This document shows, one piece after another, positions 1-12,255 of a stretch of DNA of 64,000 nt (position 1 is its first letter; every line of letters starts with the position of its first letter). This stretch comes from the human T2T-CHM13v2.0 reference genome, Homo sapiens. The position numbers were made by a program, and so were the translations under genes. The stretch lies in assembly GCF_009914755.1 (NCBI RefSeq), contig NC_060926.1; one strand, given 5' to 3'. The notes beneath the pieces were generated by a model. That model was not told the DNA's origin. It worked only from the letters and a program-made list of their open reading frames with translations, and did no database searches.

Positions 1-1810
1 GTTATACACCTGATGTCATTTTTCCCTACCAAGAATCAACTTTTTCTTAGGATAGAGACTGAATGAATTCTCTTCTCCTACCTGAAGCATCCTTTGCAGA
101 GTTGGGGCTAGTGTTTTTCTGGTGGCTTCTATGAAACATTTTCACAGGCTCCTTTAGAATCCTGATATTTCTGCAAAAGGATCTACTACTCAAGTTAAAA
201 CTGAACCTCAAGAAGGCCTTTCTGGGATGCCAGAAGTCAATGGACCACATATAGATGATAGTTTAGGCACCTCTATGGGATTCTCGTGGTAAAAGTCTCC
301 TAGTCTTTCTGCTAAAATGAAACATAAAACAAAACAAGCAAGTTCAACTGACTGTATCTGCAATTGAAAACAAATATCCCTCTAGTTACAATGGCTTATT
401 ATATTTATTTTGTTGGGCATTAAATTAATATCTGCACCATTGAATAAGAAGCCCCTTAAGAGAATCCCGCAGGAAAAAGTTACCTTAGAATTATGTTAAG
501 GAATTTCAGCTCTTTTGTAGTTTAATGCTTGATAAAAATCAACCATACAAAATGCTAAACTAGAAAAAGGGAATGTCTATAATTGAAGTGAAATTGTACA
601 TTTATATAAATATAATGAATTCACTAGATTTTCTGAACACTTTGTTTCCTGTTTTGAAAGGAGATTAAGAAACCAAAACATATGTGCTTATGTCTGTAAG
701 TTTTGTTTCATTATTACACACATATTCATTTTCATTCAGATTTTTTTCTGCTAGTCTCACAAATTATACCTTTTAATTACAGATAGCATGACTAAACACA
801 AAGGCAGCCCCCAGGATTACTTTGGAAAACCTGCTGATTAGACATACTAAATAAGACAATATAAGTATGTAGAAATATTTACAGTAAAACAGTTTTGTTC
901 CAATTTATGGACTTCTTTACATCCACTCTGTCTCTTTCCACAAAGTAATAACAGAAGACATAAACCGGAGGGAAAAAAAGGAAAAAACAAACAAAGTAAG
1001 AGGAATATATCTTGGTTTCATTTGTGTCAAAACAGCAATAAAGCAGAAAAATATATTCAGCCGAGGTGCTATTTGGGTTTTATTTATAAAGGCTACAGTC
1101 TCTGCCCTAATGTTCATGAGCTTTGTCCTTGTTGCCTAGTTACAGATTTATAATTTTTGTCTCTCTGGTTATTGATGGCTCTAATGGAGAGAGCAGTGAC
1201 TGCGGGCCTAATGAAAACACTTTAAATCTCTATTCAGAAATGTTAACGTTTTGTGTGTGTCTGGTGTTGTTGATTACAGTGATCTGGGGAAGGGATGGTC
1301 TTAAGAGAAAATTAGTGAGAAGCAGGTAGTCTCAAAGCGGGTCTGAGACAGCCTATCTTGTTCTGTTGGCTAGGGCATTTTTAAAAATAAGTTATTGTAT
1401 GAAAAGAATTTGCTTTTGCCAAAGTTATTGAGTTGGTTAGTAATTCTACCTCAGATGTATCACAGATATTTGAGGTGCTGTGGTTATGTTATTAAAGGCG
1501 TCTTTATCAGACTCATGCCAGAATCACCTGCAGAACAAGCAAATTCAATGATAATCATTAGATTGGAGTGTGTGAAGTATTTAAAATCAAAAGTATGGCT
1601 CTATAGTTTAATACTGATGCTGACCAAAAAGATGGAGAAATTCTGTCTAAGAAGTCTAATGTCAGAGGTTTAAAGGTACTCTGGTCATGTGTTTTCAAAT
1701 TGTCAGTAGCATTCCACAGCTATATTAAAATTTCTGCCTCTTGATGAACTTCATTTCTGGGCAGGCAGAGTCAAAGGAATTAGATGAAAATTAAGAGGCA
1801 ATCTCTAGAT

Positions 1811-1999
1811 CAATGGCTCTCAAAAGTATAGTACCCAGACTAGCAGTATCAACATCACCAGAACTTGTTAGGAATGAAGGTTCGTTGTTCCCATCCTGGA
1901 CTTCCCAAGTCAAAAATTCTGAAAGGTGGGGCCCAGCAATCTATGTTTTAATAAGTAATCTAAGTGATATTGTTGCACTCTAAGCTTTGACAACCACTG
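1811..1999. mobile_element. MER5A (hAT-Charlie MITE)
   Basis: CAATGGCTCTCAAA...TTTGACAACCACTG termini and MER5A-like body (gcagtatcaacatcacc, gggcccagcaatctatgttttaa). Flanked by the 8-bp direct repeat ctctagat (1803-1810) / ctctagaa (2000-2007). Confidence 0.8.
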
Positions 2000-2007
2000 C
2001 TCTAGAA

Positions 2008-2223
2008 TGAGGTTTCTCAACCTCGGCACTATTGACAATTTGGGCTTGGTAATTTTATAAGGGGCTGTCATTCACACTGGCATTGCAGGAGGTTTAGCGG
2101 CACCCCTGAACTCTACCTACTAGATAACAATGATGCCCATTCCATTTGTGACAGCTAAAATGTCTTCAGACATTGCCAAATATCTACTGAAGAGAAAAAT
2201 TATGCCTGGGTTCAAAACCACTG
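2008..2223 (-). mobile_element. MER20 (hAT-Charlie)
   Basis: tttctcaacctcggcactattgaca...gtgacagctaaaatgtcttcagacattgccaaat...aaaaccactg matches the recalled MER20 consensus. Confidence 0.8.
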
Positions 2224-2421
2224 TTCCAGATCTACAAGTTAAACTTATTTGCAATGTCTTAAAATGAAGATTTCTGTGCCCAAACTCTTTCAGAGTTTGA
2301 TTTAGTAAGTCTATAAAACAACCCTGTAATCTGTATTGTTAACTGGGACCAGGTAATGGCCCATGAGCCATACTTTGAGTAACAGAGCTCTGAATCAATG
2401 TCTATCAAACTTTACTGCCTT

Positions 2422-2423
<2 letters not shown>

Positions 2424-2453
<30 letters not shown>

Positions 2454-2721
2454 GAGACGGAGTCTCGCTCTGTCGCTCAGGCTGGAGTGCATTGGCGCGA
2501 TCTCAGTTCACTGCAAACTCCGCCTCCTGGATTCACGCCATTCTGAGTAGCTGGGACCACAACAGGCGCCCGCCACCGCGCCAGGCTAATTTTTTGTATT
2601 TTTAGTAGAGATGGGGTTTCACCTTGTTAGCCAGGATGCTCTCAATCTCCTGAACTCGTGATCCACCCCACTCGACCTCCCAAAGTGCTGGGATTACAGG
2701 CATGAGACACCGCGCCCGGCC
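2424..2721 (-). mobile_element. AluY-like SINE with (CAA)n-converted tail and a small internal deletion
   Basis: Reverse-complement Alu (gagacggagtctcgctc...cgcgcccggcc) with AluY-type gttagccaggatg. Tail is (ttg)n at 2422-2454. TSD actgcctttt at 2414-2423 and 2724-2733. Confidence 0.93.
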
Positions 2722-2812
2722 TAACTGCCTTTTTAAAAGTAAAAAAAAATATTATTTTTAAATGTGTATTTGTGTCTCATTTCAACAAGCAAACATGTTT
2801 GAGCAGTTGCTG

Positions 2813-3510
2813 TCAGTATTTTCTATCCTGGGTGAGCATTAGAATTTCCTGGGGAATCGAAAAATCTTGATGCCCAGGCTCTGCCTCAAAAACTCTGGAT
2901 ATGGAGTTCTGACATTAGAAAAGTGTTGAACATTGGAATCGTATTAGGATCTTTAAAATTTTTGGAAGCCTGGGTCTCATCCTCATTCTGATGTACGCGT
3001 TGTGAACTTTTGATTTAGGAAACTTTCATATGCAACAAGTTTGGGCACGGCATTTTAATGTCTCAGAAGCTTTTCAGATGTTTCTCATGTGCAAGAAGGG
3101 ATGAAAGTTTACTGTGAGCTGATCGCAAGCCTAAACCAGAGGCTAGTTTAAGTACTTTCTAATAGCCAAAGTAGAGTGAATGAGCCCATTGCATGCTATG
3201 AATTGCTTGTAACTGAAAACACCTGAATCAAGTTTGGAGCATCAAATGGAGAAGTCTTTATGTTTCAACCCTGATAGAGTCTTGGTAATAACAAAAAAGA
3301 AAGAGGATTATATGGAAAAGAGTATCCTATAGGATATTGAAGAACCCAAAGTAACTTTAATATATATAGCCCTAGATGACTACATGGCCTCCCAGAGGCT
3401 CGAGCTGCACCCCATACAATTACATCAGAATGTTTGAGAATGATTACTAGGTACTTGTATTTTTTAAAGGTTCCCAAGTGATTACAACGTGCAGCAAAGT
3501 TTGTGAGCCA
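2813..3510. mobile_element. Cluster of degraded MER5-family (MER5A1/MER5B-like) fragments
   Basis: Recurrent MER5-type motifs: gcattagaatttcctggg, tgatgcccaggct, aattacatcagaat, ttcccaagtgattacaacgtgcagcaaagttt. Boundaries are approximate. Confidence 0.5.
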
Positions 3511-6500
3511 TTGTTATGGGTTCTTAGCACTATTAGCTCTTTACCACTTGTCAATAATTTCCTAGGGATTAGAAATTCTTTCAGGGAAATTACCAAGCCT
3601 GTGACGTATTTCATAAGCTTTAACAGTGTCATACCTTTTCAACAGATAATTTTTAATAAATAGATTAACTCAATTAGGTAATTGAGGCAATTCAGTATTC
3701 CACTATTATCTCATTTGCTTGTATATAACTCAGGATGGCTATAAAAGCCCAAGACTGGTAAATTCCTTCAGCAACAAAATAAAAAAATCAAGAAGTAGGT
3801 CTATCGATCTATTCATGTATTCACCTTTTCACACTTTAATATACATTATGCATATGTATACACACACCACATAATGTATATATATTTGCATATGTACATA
3901 TATTTGTATATATACATGCACACAACAAACTGTACTATGAATTACAGAAGTTATAAGAAGAAATAATACAACTCCCTCTTCTAAACAAGTTTGTAATTCA
4001 TGTCATCTTGATGGAAACCGTTTTTTTCCAATTCCTGTTCTTATAATTCCATTATGCCCATCTAGCGCATTATTACGAAATATCAAGCTTTCTTCTTAGG
4101 TAAAAATAGCACTATTTAAAACATTTTTAGAAATTATGCCGTAGGCCATTTTCATTTTGTGAGCTTTTACAAAATTGTTTTTGATTGAAACATTTTCTAC
4201 TATTCTGTATTTCTAGCATATTATTTTTAAACCTGTTATTAGTGTTCACTTTAATATTCTAGTTTTTACATTTATAATTTCTCTCCAATTAGGTATGTAA
4301 GGAGGCTCTCCATTCTCCTGTGTATCTGCTAATGTACTGTGGTCGCTTTGAAATAACATTTCTGTAAGTGGTTAGAGGGGAGACTGAGAGCTGCAATCTT
4401 AGGTGCAGACATTAAATAAAATTGATTCTGAAAACTTTCTTTGAAACATATTCATACTCTTTTGAATTTGTCAAAATTCACATTTTTTTCACGTCTTTAG
4501 CAACAAAAGTATCTCATTTTTGTCATAATGTTTATTAAAAGTATTTGCTTTAAAACTGTAAAAAAAATATTCTGGTCTTTACCAGAGTGAAACACTTTGG
4601 AGACCTACTCTTTTGCTTAGTCATTAATCAAATGAAGACTGAAAATTTACCTTTATATTAGGCAAGGGGCAAATTGTGTGGTGCTAGTGCTTGTAGCAAT
4701 GTAATTATAAAATGGAACTCATGCTTTCTTCACTCCAGGCAAGTTTCCCAGCATACTCACTCTATTTCATGTCACTGTGAAATTTGTTGGTTTGTTGTTG
4801 TTTCCTGTCTTTTTTCTTTGGACTTGATGCTACAACAAGAGATCAGAGGCTCAGATTCTGCCCCTCCCAGGTCTCTGATCTTTTATAAAGTTTTCTATTT
4901 GTAAAATGAATGGACTGAACTCAGTCAGTCTTTTATTGTCTTTGTTTTAAATAAATGTAATCCCATTTCCAACAAAACTTCACTGAAAAGTTTAATGTGT
5001 GAAACATTTTAAAGCACAGCTGCTTTGAGCAGATTGGACTTTCCAGAGCTTTCATTTGCCCCTGAGGTGCCTTCCGAAACTCCTGGTCTCAGGTTAATAC
5101 AATTTGAAGAGCATCAAACTGGATTTTTCCCTAACTACTTTTAGCTCCAGAATTATTGGCTCATTTTTGTTACTTAGTTTGAATGACTGTAGACCTGTAA
5201 AGAAATACCACATAGAGGATTTTTGTAGACACACTTGAGGTACGATGCAGAGGGTGTAAGTACTGAGAAACATGCATCATATGTAGTGATTTCAATGCAG
5301 ATCTCATGTAGAGATATGAATTTCTCTCTATCTGCCAGAAACAGAACAGAAACTCCTCTGTGCATTGAGGGAAATTATGCCCTTTCAAATATTAAATGTC
5401 ATCTATAGAAATGCCAGGCACCATTAAATATGGAGAGAGAAAATTGGAAAAGATTGCAGAGTTTTATTACTGTCTTTTTTTGCAAGTCACTTGTACACAC
5501 ATCCTACTTTCAAAGCAAACTCTAAAACTCTATACAAGAGTTATTCCCTCTGCAGCTGTTGTAGAGATATGACAGACTGGAATACAGTGTTGATTGAAGA
5601 GTGGGATTTTAGTGCAGTGTGATTTGTTTGTGCTTTGGAGTGCATGGTTTGTGGCTTTGTGGAAGGATGTACTATTTCTCTGAACATTGTCCAGCAAGCT
5701 GCTGCATGGGACTTCCTTTAGGGCCCAATGCAAAAATATTCTGTGATGAGTTTCCCAATCACAGCCTCTCAGAATATACATATAAATAAGCAGATGAAGT
5801 TCTGAAAAGCACCTTGTGGACTGAGCTAACTGCCTCTAGTGGAAAAGGCAGGAGAGATGAAGCTAGGCTCTCATTATTTACTGCTGATTGTAAGAATTAA
5901 TAATGGATACTCTAAGCATATATTATTTATCAGTTCTGATCCTGGACAACAGAAATCCATTGAGGTCACCAAAGCTATCTTTTATTTAAAATCCAGAGCC
6001 CAGCAACTAGAAACACAAAGAGGAACAAGGTGAACTGGATGCCAGCTACGAAAGATATAAGTACTGTATAAAAGTCTCTTTACTGGAACAGACTCTTTTC
6101 TAGCCGTAAGTATCAGTCAGTAAGTTTTCTTCCAGGGGACAGCAAGGGGAGTGGATGGGAAATAAAAATTACTCACTAGTTTAGTAAGGTGACCATTTTA
6201 CATTAACAAGTGACTAAATGCTCGGCATATGATGTCATCAAAAGATGGTATAAATTTCTAAATTGATTTGTTATCTAACTTTTATGACTCCTTTACATGA
6301 AGTATCAGTAAATAATTTAACCTCAAGGAGAGAGAAAAGATTTCCTTTATTCAACATGACCACTTCATTTGTTTCCTGATGTGGGAGATCTTTTAGCATG
6401 AGAGAGCAAGGATCCAATTAATTTCTTTCTCTATTCTCTCTAACTTCTTCACAAACATATAAAAATTGCTCTTTACTGAGTGCTCCTATTGCATTTCATT

Positions 6501-6814
6501 CATATCCTATTTAGCCATCACTAGATTGCTACCGAATTGAGGACAGGTCTATATTTTTTATTTCTCTGTGTAGCCCACAAATCTTCAATCATATAGCTAA
6601 CCATATAATAAATGCTATATGATAAGTAAAAATAATGACAAAGTAAAGGAATGTACAAAAGTGTCAGGTAGGTATAAAGGTAAAATGTTTTTATAAAAAC
6701 AAATGTGAACCTCTAATGAAATATACGTTGAAGAAAACTCTTCACTTCCGTTTATCATAAAAATGTCAGAATTTTAAAGACATTTAGGTGAAACAGCTCA
6801 TTATGTGTATATTA

Positions 6815-6863
6815 TGCCATTGCTTTTAATGGCAAAACCCGCAATTACTTTTGCACCGATGTA
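6815..6863. mobile_element. MADE1 (Hsmar1 MITE) partial copy
   Basis: tgccattgcttttaatggcaaaacccgcaattacttttgcacc corresponds to the centre plus one TIR of MADE1. Confidence 0.85.
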
Positions 6864-7561
6864 TACTTTTGTTTTGTTTTGTTTTCTGATCACTATCTGT
6901 GTTTATATGATGCTAAGGCTTTAGGCTTTTGTATATTGTGTATTTTTGTACATTGATTATGTGGCTGAAGAAAATAATTTTGTGAATGTTATAAGCCTAC
7001 GATCATTTGTAGAGCTATTTTCTTACCATGGAAGACACTATGGTTTAGAAAGCTTGTGTTGTATGCAAGGTCATCCAGACAGCAAAAGGTATAACCAGAA
7101 TTAGAACTTAGGTCTAGTGATCTCCAAAGATATTTTATCATTTTAATTGCACTCTATTCTCATGGATTTCAAAAGCAGTCTTAGAATACAGAGAAATAAG
7201 TAAATATGGCTTGGCATGAAGAAGAATATAGTAACAGAGTTCTCAAAAATGGGAAGTGTTGAGCTCTCATTCACAGGAAGTGTTTCAGCACATGTTGGAT
7301 GATCATGTCTCTGTGATGTTGCAGAAGGCATTTCTGCACATGTTAAGGACCAAGATAGATTATCTCTATGATCCCTTTTTGCTCTCAGAGATGTGGTGGT
7401 ACCCAGATTGCATGAAGAGGTACTTGAGAGACACGCCCTTGGCTTTTGGATCACACCCAGTGTCTTCATTATAGAGCAGGTGCTGTCCAAAAAAGTAGGC
7501 TCTTAAGGAGAGAGAAAATGTGGCAGTGCAGGATAGAGAAATGTGATTAAAAAAAATTTGA

Positions 7562-7721
7562 TGCTTGGAGTGGTGGAACATGCCTGTAATTCCAGAGCTT
7601 TGGGAGACTGAAGCAGGAGGATGGCTTGAATTTGAGGCTGCAGGAGCTATGATCGTGCCACTACACACTAGTCTAGGAAACAGAATAAAATCTCGTCTTG
7701 TAAAAATAAAAAAAGAAAAAA
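7562..7721 (+). mobile_element. Old Alu monomer (FAM/FRAM-type)
   Basis: tggtggaacatgcctgtaattccag...gaggctgcaggagctatgatcgtgccactacac followed by an A-rich tail. Single arm, diverged. Confidence 0.75.
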
Positions 7722-8949
7722 ATTCCGGCTATGCTTACCAAATTCTCACAATATAACATCTATTTTACTACAAGAAATTATTAACATTTCATCAATCATC
7801 AACATTTCCCATCTTTTGATTGGTCAATACAATTAATTTTATTAATGCATGGCACTCTTCATTGTTCAAATAAAAAAACAAGAAGATGAAAACTTATTGA
7901 TGAAAATTATGCTCCCCTTTTTGCTGAACTATAATGGCCATGCAAATTGAATGCAGACATAAATTACATTTGAGAAAATGGGCTCAGGGACATGTATTTA
8001 TTCCATTTTTCATTTATTTATTGGTATAAATAATACATTACTCATAAAATGTTTTTCCTTGAAGAAACTTAGCAATCTTAATGTATTGAACTAGGAATAG
8101 AGAAGGAGTTGTTACTAAAAACATTTTTGAATAATAATTTTTCAGTAAGTACTCATATAAAATTTGTTTCATATGTTACATTCTGGTTCTGAGGTGCTAT
8201 GGTATAAACCCTAAGAATACAACAGTATTCCTACCATCAGAAAATATAAAATCAAGATGTAACTAAAAAACTAACAAATATGGAACAGTTAGAGAACAAA
8301 TAATATGAAACAAATAAGCATATGACAATATATGGTATTTATCTTTCTGGTTTTACAGTTTCTTTGCTGTTCCTTCAGCCTGGGACATTCTTACTACAGA
8401 TATCCACATGGCTTTTATACTATCTGGCCCTCCATCTATTGTTCATTTCAGCAAAACTGCATTAGTTTATTTTTTCATAGCATTCATCATGATGCAAAAT
8501 GATTTTATTTATGTATTTACTTGTTTCCTGACTTCAACTCAAAATGTAAGTTATGCTAGGGAAAAGGCCTTTATTTCATGTTCTATCCTCAAACCTAGAA
8601 CAGTGTCTAAAATTATGTAAATGTTTAAAAAGTTTTCTTTTTAATAATTAATGCCTAGCATGGGCAGTTAGCAAAGGACCAGATCACTGTGAGCTGTAAT
8701 GATTAAGAAAAGGCTTCAAGTAGAGTTCATTTTAATCTGAGTCTCACAGAATGTGAATGATTTGGGTTAGTCAAAAGGAAAAGAAAAAGCATTCGCAATT
8801 TGAGGAAAGAATACAGAAATATGTGCCCGGGTGATGAGACACAATATGTCAGATAATGAAAACCTGAATTGTGGACAGTTGTGGTGGATGAATTAAATAG
8901 ATAGAGTGACACTCAACAGCAATCAATTGCTTACTTCCATCCATCAGGC

Positions 8950-9120
8950 ATAGTTATTCATTCTGCAAATATTTACTGAATGCCTAATATATGTTGGGAA
9001 GTGTTCTAGACACTATGGAAATAATAGTGAAAAAAAAAGAGTCAAAGTTTCTATTCCTGAAGACAAAAATGTAACGTAGAAATAAATACAATAATCACTG
9101 TATAATATATGCTATGACAA
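8950..9120 (-). mobile_element. L2 3' end fragment
   Basis: ttattcattctgcaaatatttactgaatgcctaatatatgttgggaagtgttctagacact is the typical reverse-complement L2 3' terminus. Confidence 0.6.
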
Positions 9121-9561
9121 AAATAAATAGGAACATATGATCAATACTGAGGTTAAAAGGCTTAAGATACATCCTGCTCAAAAGTAAGAGTAGTTAATGA
9201 ATTATCTAATATAACTAGAAAAGCCAAACAAACAAAAGTTGAAAAAAAGATAAGAAAGTAAGAGCTATGATAGAAGTCTGCATAAAGGGTAATTTACCTT
9301 AGGAGGCCATGCAGTTCAGAGCTTGAGCCTGAGACAAGAGTACCTGCTGTGAATTTTGAGCAAGACACTTCACTTCTGTACATCTCAGACTCTTTATTTA
9401 TGAAATGAATATACTTGTAGTAGAATCTTTATGAGGATCCAATAAAATAAACTTTGTAAAGCCATTTCTTTCTAATACATAATAAGTCCCCCCAAACAGT
9501 TATCACTCATCATTATTTTAGATTTGTTTATTTAATTGTTACTATAGCTCAATTATTTTCT

Positions 9562-9863
9562 GTTTTTTTTTTTTTGTTTTTTTTTTGAGGTGGAGTTTCA
9601 CCCTTGTTGCCTGGAGTACAATGGCGCAATCTTGGCTCGCTGCAACCTCTATCTCCCTGATTCAAGCGATCCTTCCGACTTTGCATCCAGAGTAGTTGGG
9701 AATACAGGTGTGTGCCACCACACCTGGCTAATTTTGTATTTTTAGTAGAGGCAGTGTTTCACCATGTTGGTCAGGCTGGTCTCGAACTCCTGACCTCAGG
9801 TGATCCACCTGCCTCAGCTTCCCAAAGTGTTGGGACTACAGTCGTGAGCCACCGCGCCCAGCC
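9562..9863 (-). mobile_element. AluS (Sq/Sp-like)
   Basis: Full reverse-complement Alu with poly-T and gacctcaggtgatcc (S-type). TSD tatagctcaatt.. starting at 9543 and 9864. Confidence 0.92.
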
Positions 9864-10279
9864 TATAGCTCAATTCTTCTAGCTTCTATCAATTAACTTT
9901 TACATTTTTCTATTGACTTACACCTTCTTGACACAATATGAAGCTGAAATGCCAAGAGGTTATGTACCTTATGCAAGGTCATATAGCTGGTATGATTGGC
10001 AATTCAGATCCTTGTGCACTTAACTACTATACTATTCATTTTTTTGAGCTCAGAGGTGGAGATAAAGTGTGAACCTGACTTTGCAAATTGCATATATATA
10101 TATATATATATGAGGAGCCCAAAGAGCTTTTGTTTATACTGTACTCACTGGTGTTTACCATATGAGAAATCAGTAACAAGAAATGTTTTAAAAGATTGTT
10201 TATCCATTTATGAGTAAGAATAGTGAACCTATACATGTTAATATACAAAATATGGTTTTACAAATTTATTTAATGTATA

Positions 10280-10720
10280 GTGCTTTCTTTCCTTATGCTG
10301 CATAATTGCCACACACTTAGAGGCTTAACACAACCACGATTTGTTACCTCACAGTTTCTGTGGGTCAAGATTCCAGGCATCACTGAACTAAGTTCTCTGC
10401 TTAAGGTCTCATAGCACTGCAAGCAAAATGTGGCTGGACTAAATTCTCAGGACCAGAGGTTCAACTGGAGAAGAATCCACTCCTGCGGGGACTTGGTTTT
10501 GGGTTGAATTCATTTTTTAGTGGTTGTAGGAGAGAAGTGCCTGTTTTCTTGTAGGCTGTCAGCTGAGGGCCACTCGCAGCTCCTAGTGCTCACCAGCAAT
10601 TCCCTGTCATGAGGTTCTCACACAACATGGCAGCTTACTTCTTCAAAGCTACCAAATGAGTCCCTTTCTTTGGTCTGCTAAGTCTTATATAATGGAATAT
10701 AATCATTAAAGTAACTTCCC
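10280..10720 (-). mobile_element. MLT1 (D/E/F-like) MaLR LTR
   Basis: ctcacagtttctgtgggtcaaga..., ctgtcagctgagggccact, aacatggcagcttacttcttcaaag are typical MLT1 motifs. Confidence 0.6.
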
Positions 10721-11407
10721 TCTTTATGTTAGACTTTGCAAAAAACTACTACTAGAAAAAAGATAAATACTTCAGGGATAGGACTTGCTGGCCATCAGTG
10801 TTGTCTTTGTGGCACAGATTAGCAAATAAGGAAAACACTACCCGTTTGAAACACCTGAGATCAATGCCAAAATACACTCCATGTTAGGTGTCAATTCTCT
10901 GAGTTGTGTGTGATATAACCTAGAAAGTAAAAACAAAAACAAAAACAAAAAGGCACAGATGGATTTAGACAAAGAATTGATTCCTAGTCTTCAAATAAAA
11001 GATACTGTCTGGAACAGACAGTATGCCAGCACAAGATACCTATGCATTATAAGAAAGCCAAGATTCAGGCTTATTAAAGGGGACCCCTGGTGACATAGAA
11101 GGCTGAGATGATCTGGTCTAAAGGATGAAAAATTGAATTATATTTAGGCTAAGGATGTCCTCACCCAAGGCCATGATGTCAAACTGGCCCTTACCATGGT
11201 CCAGACAAAACCTTGATATAGGGTTCATAATGGATCCATAATTTACATGGCATATTTTAATATGTTGACATCAGTGTAACAGATTATAATTTTGACTTAT
11301 TACATGCTCACAGTAATGATACCATCCTTGTGGTGATAGAAGCCTTAAGATTTGTGCAGTTTCTGTACCATCTCATGCCTTAGTCTAGCCACCTGTATAT
11401 TCTACAT

Positions 11408-11603
11408 CATGGTTTCACAAGGCCAGCAGTATTGACATTTCAGGCTAGATAATGTGTGTGTGTGTGTGTGTGTGTTTTCCTGGTCTTTACTCACAAAATG
11501 CCAGTAGCACAGCACCTCTCCCAAGTTGTGACAACCAAAAATATCTTCAGATACTGCAAGTTTACCAAACGTCTCCTGAGGGACATAATCAACCCCAGCT
11601 AAG
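11408..11603 (-). mobile_element. MER20 with internal (TG)n
   Basis: cagtattgacattt...gctagataat, (tg)n at 11453-11474, then atgccagtagcac...agttgtgacaaccaaaaatatcttcaga. Confidence 0.7.
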
Positions 11604-11774
11604 TGGTTTTATGTCGATTAAAAGCATTATCCATAGTATTATCTGCCTCCAAGTGCATGAATCTATGACTATATTACAGTTTTAGATGGCACTGTTCAAT
11701 GCTTATTGTAAATAATCAACATATTTAATGAGCCCAACCGCCCAAAACCAGCCAAAAGACATGTCATTTAAATA

Positions 11775-12255
11775 TTTCTTTTTGTACTGATATATGATGC
11801 TTATACATTTTTGGTGGAAATGTGAAATTTTGATACATGCAGACAATGCGTAATGATCAAATCAGAGTAATTGAGATGTTTATTGACTCAAATATTTATC
11901 TTTATATTGGAAACATTCAAATTTTTCTCTTCTGGCTATTTAAAAATATACAATAAATTATTATTAAGAATGGTCACTCTACTGTACTATCAACCAATAG
12001 ATCTTATTCCTTCTAACTGTATTTTTGTGCTCATTTATCAACCTCTATTCCCCTCCCTCCTACCTTTCCTGGCCTCTGATAACCATCAATCTACTCTGTA
12101 CTTCCATGAGATCCACCTTTACAGTTCTCACATATAAGATATGTGATATTTGTCATTCTGTGTCTGGCTTACTTCACTTAACATAATGACCTTCAGCCAT
12201 AAGAAATAATAAAATCCTGTTATATGTAGCAAGGTGGATTAAACTGGAGGTCATT
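11775..12255 (-). mobile_element. L1MA-type 3' end with 5' inversion
   Basis: Minus-strand L1MA 3'UTR (taatgatcaaatcagagtaattg; ggcttacttcacttaacataatgacc) joined at ~12196 to a plus-strand piece cagccataagaaa...ctggaggtcatt. Confidence 0.75.
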
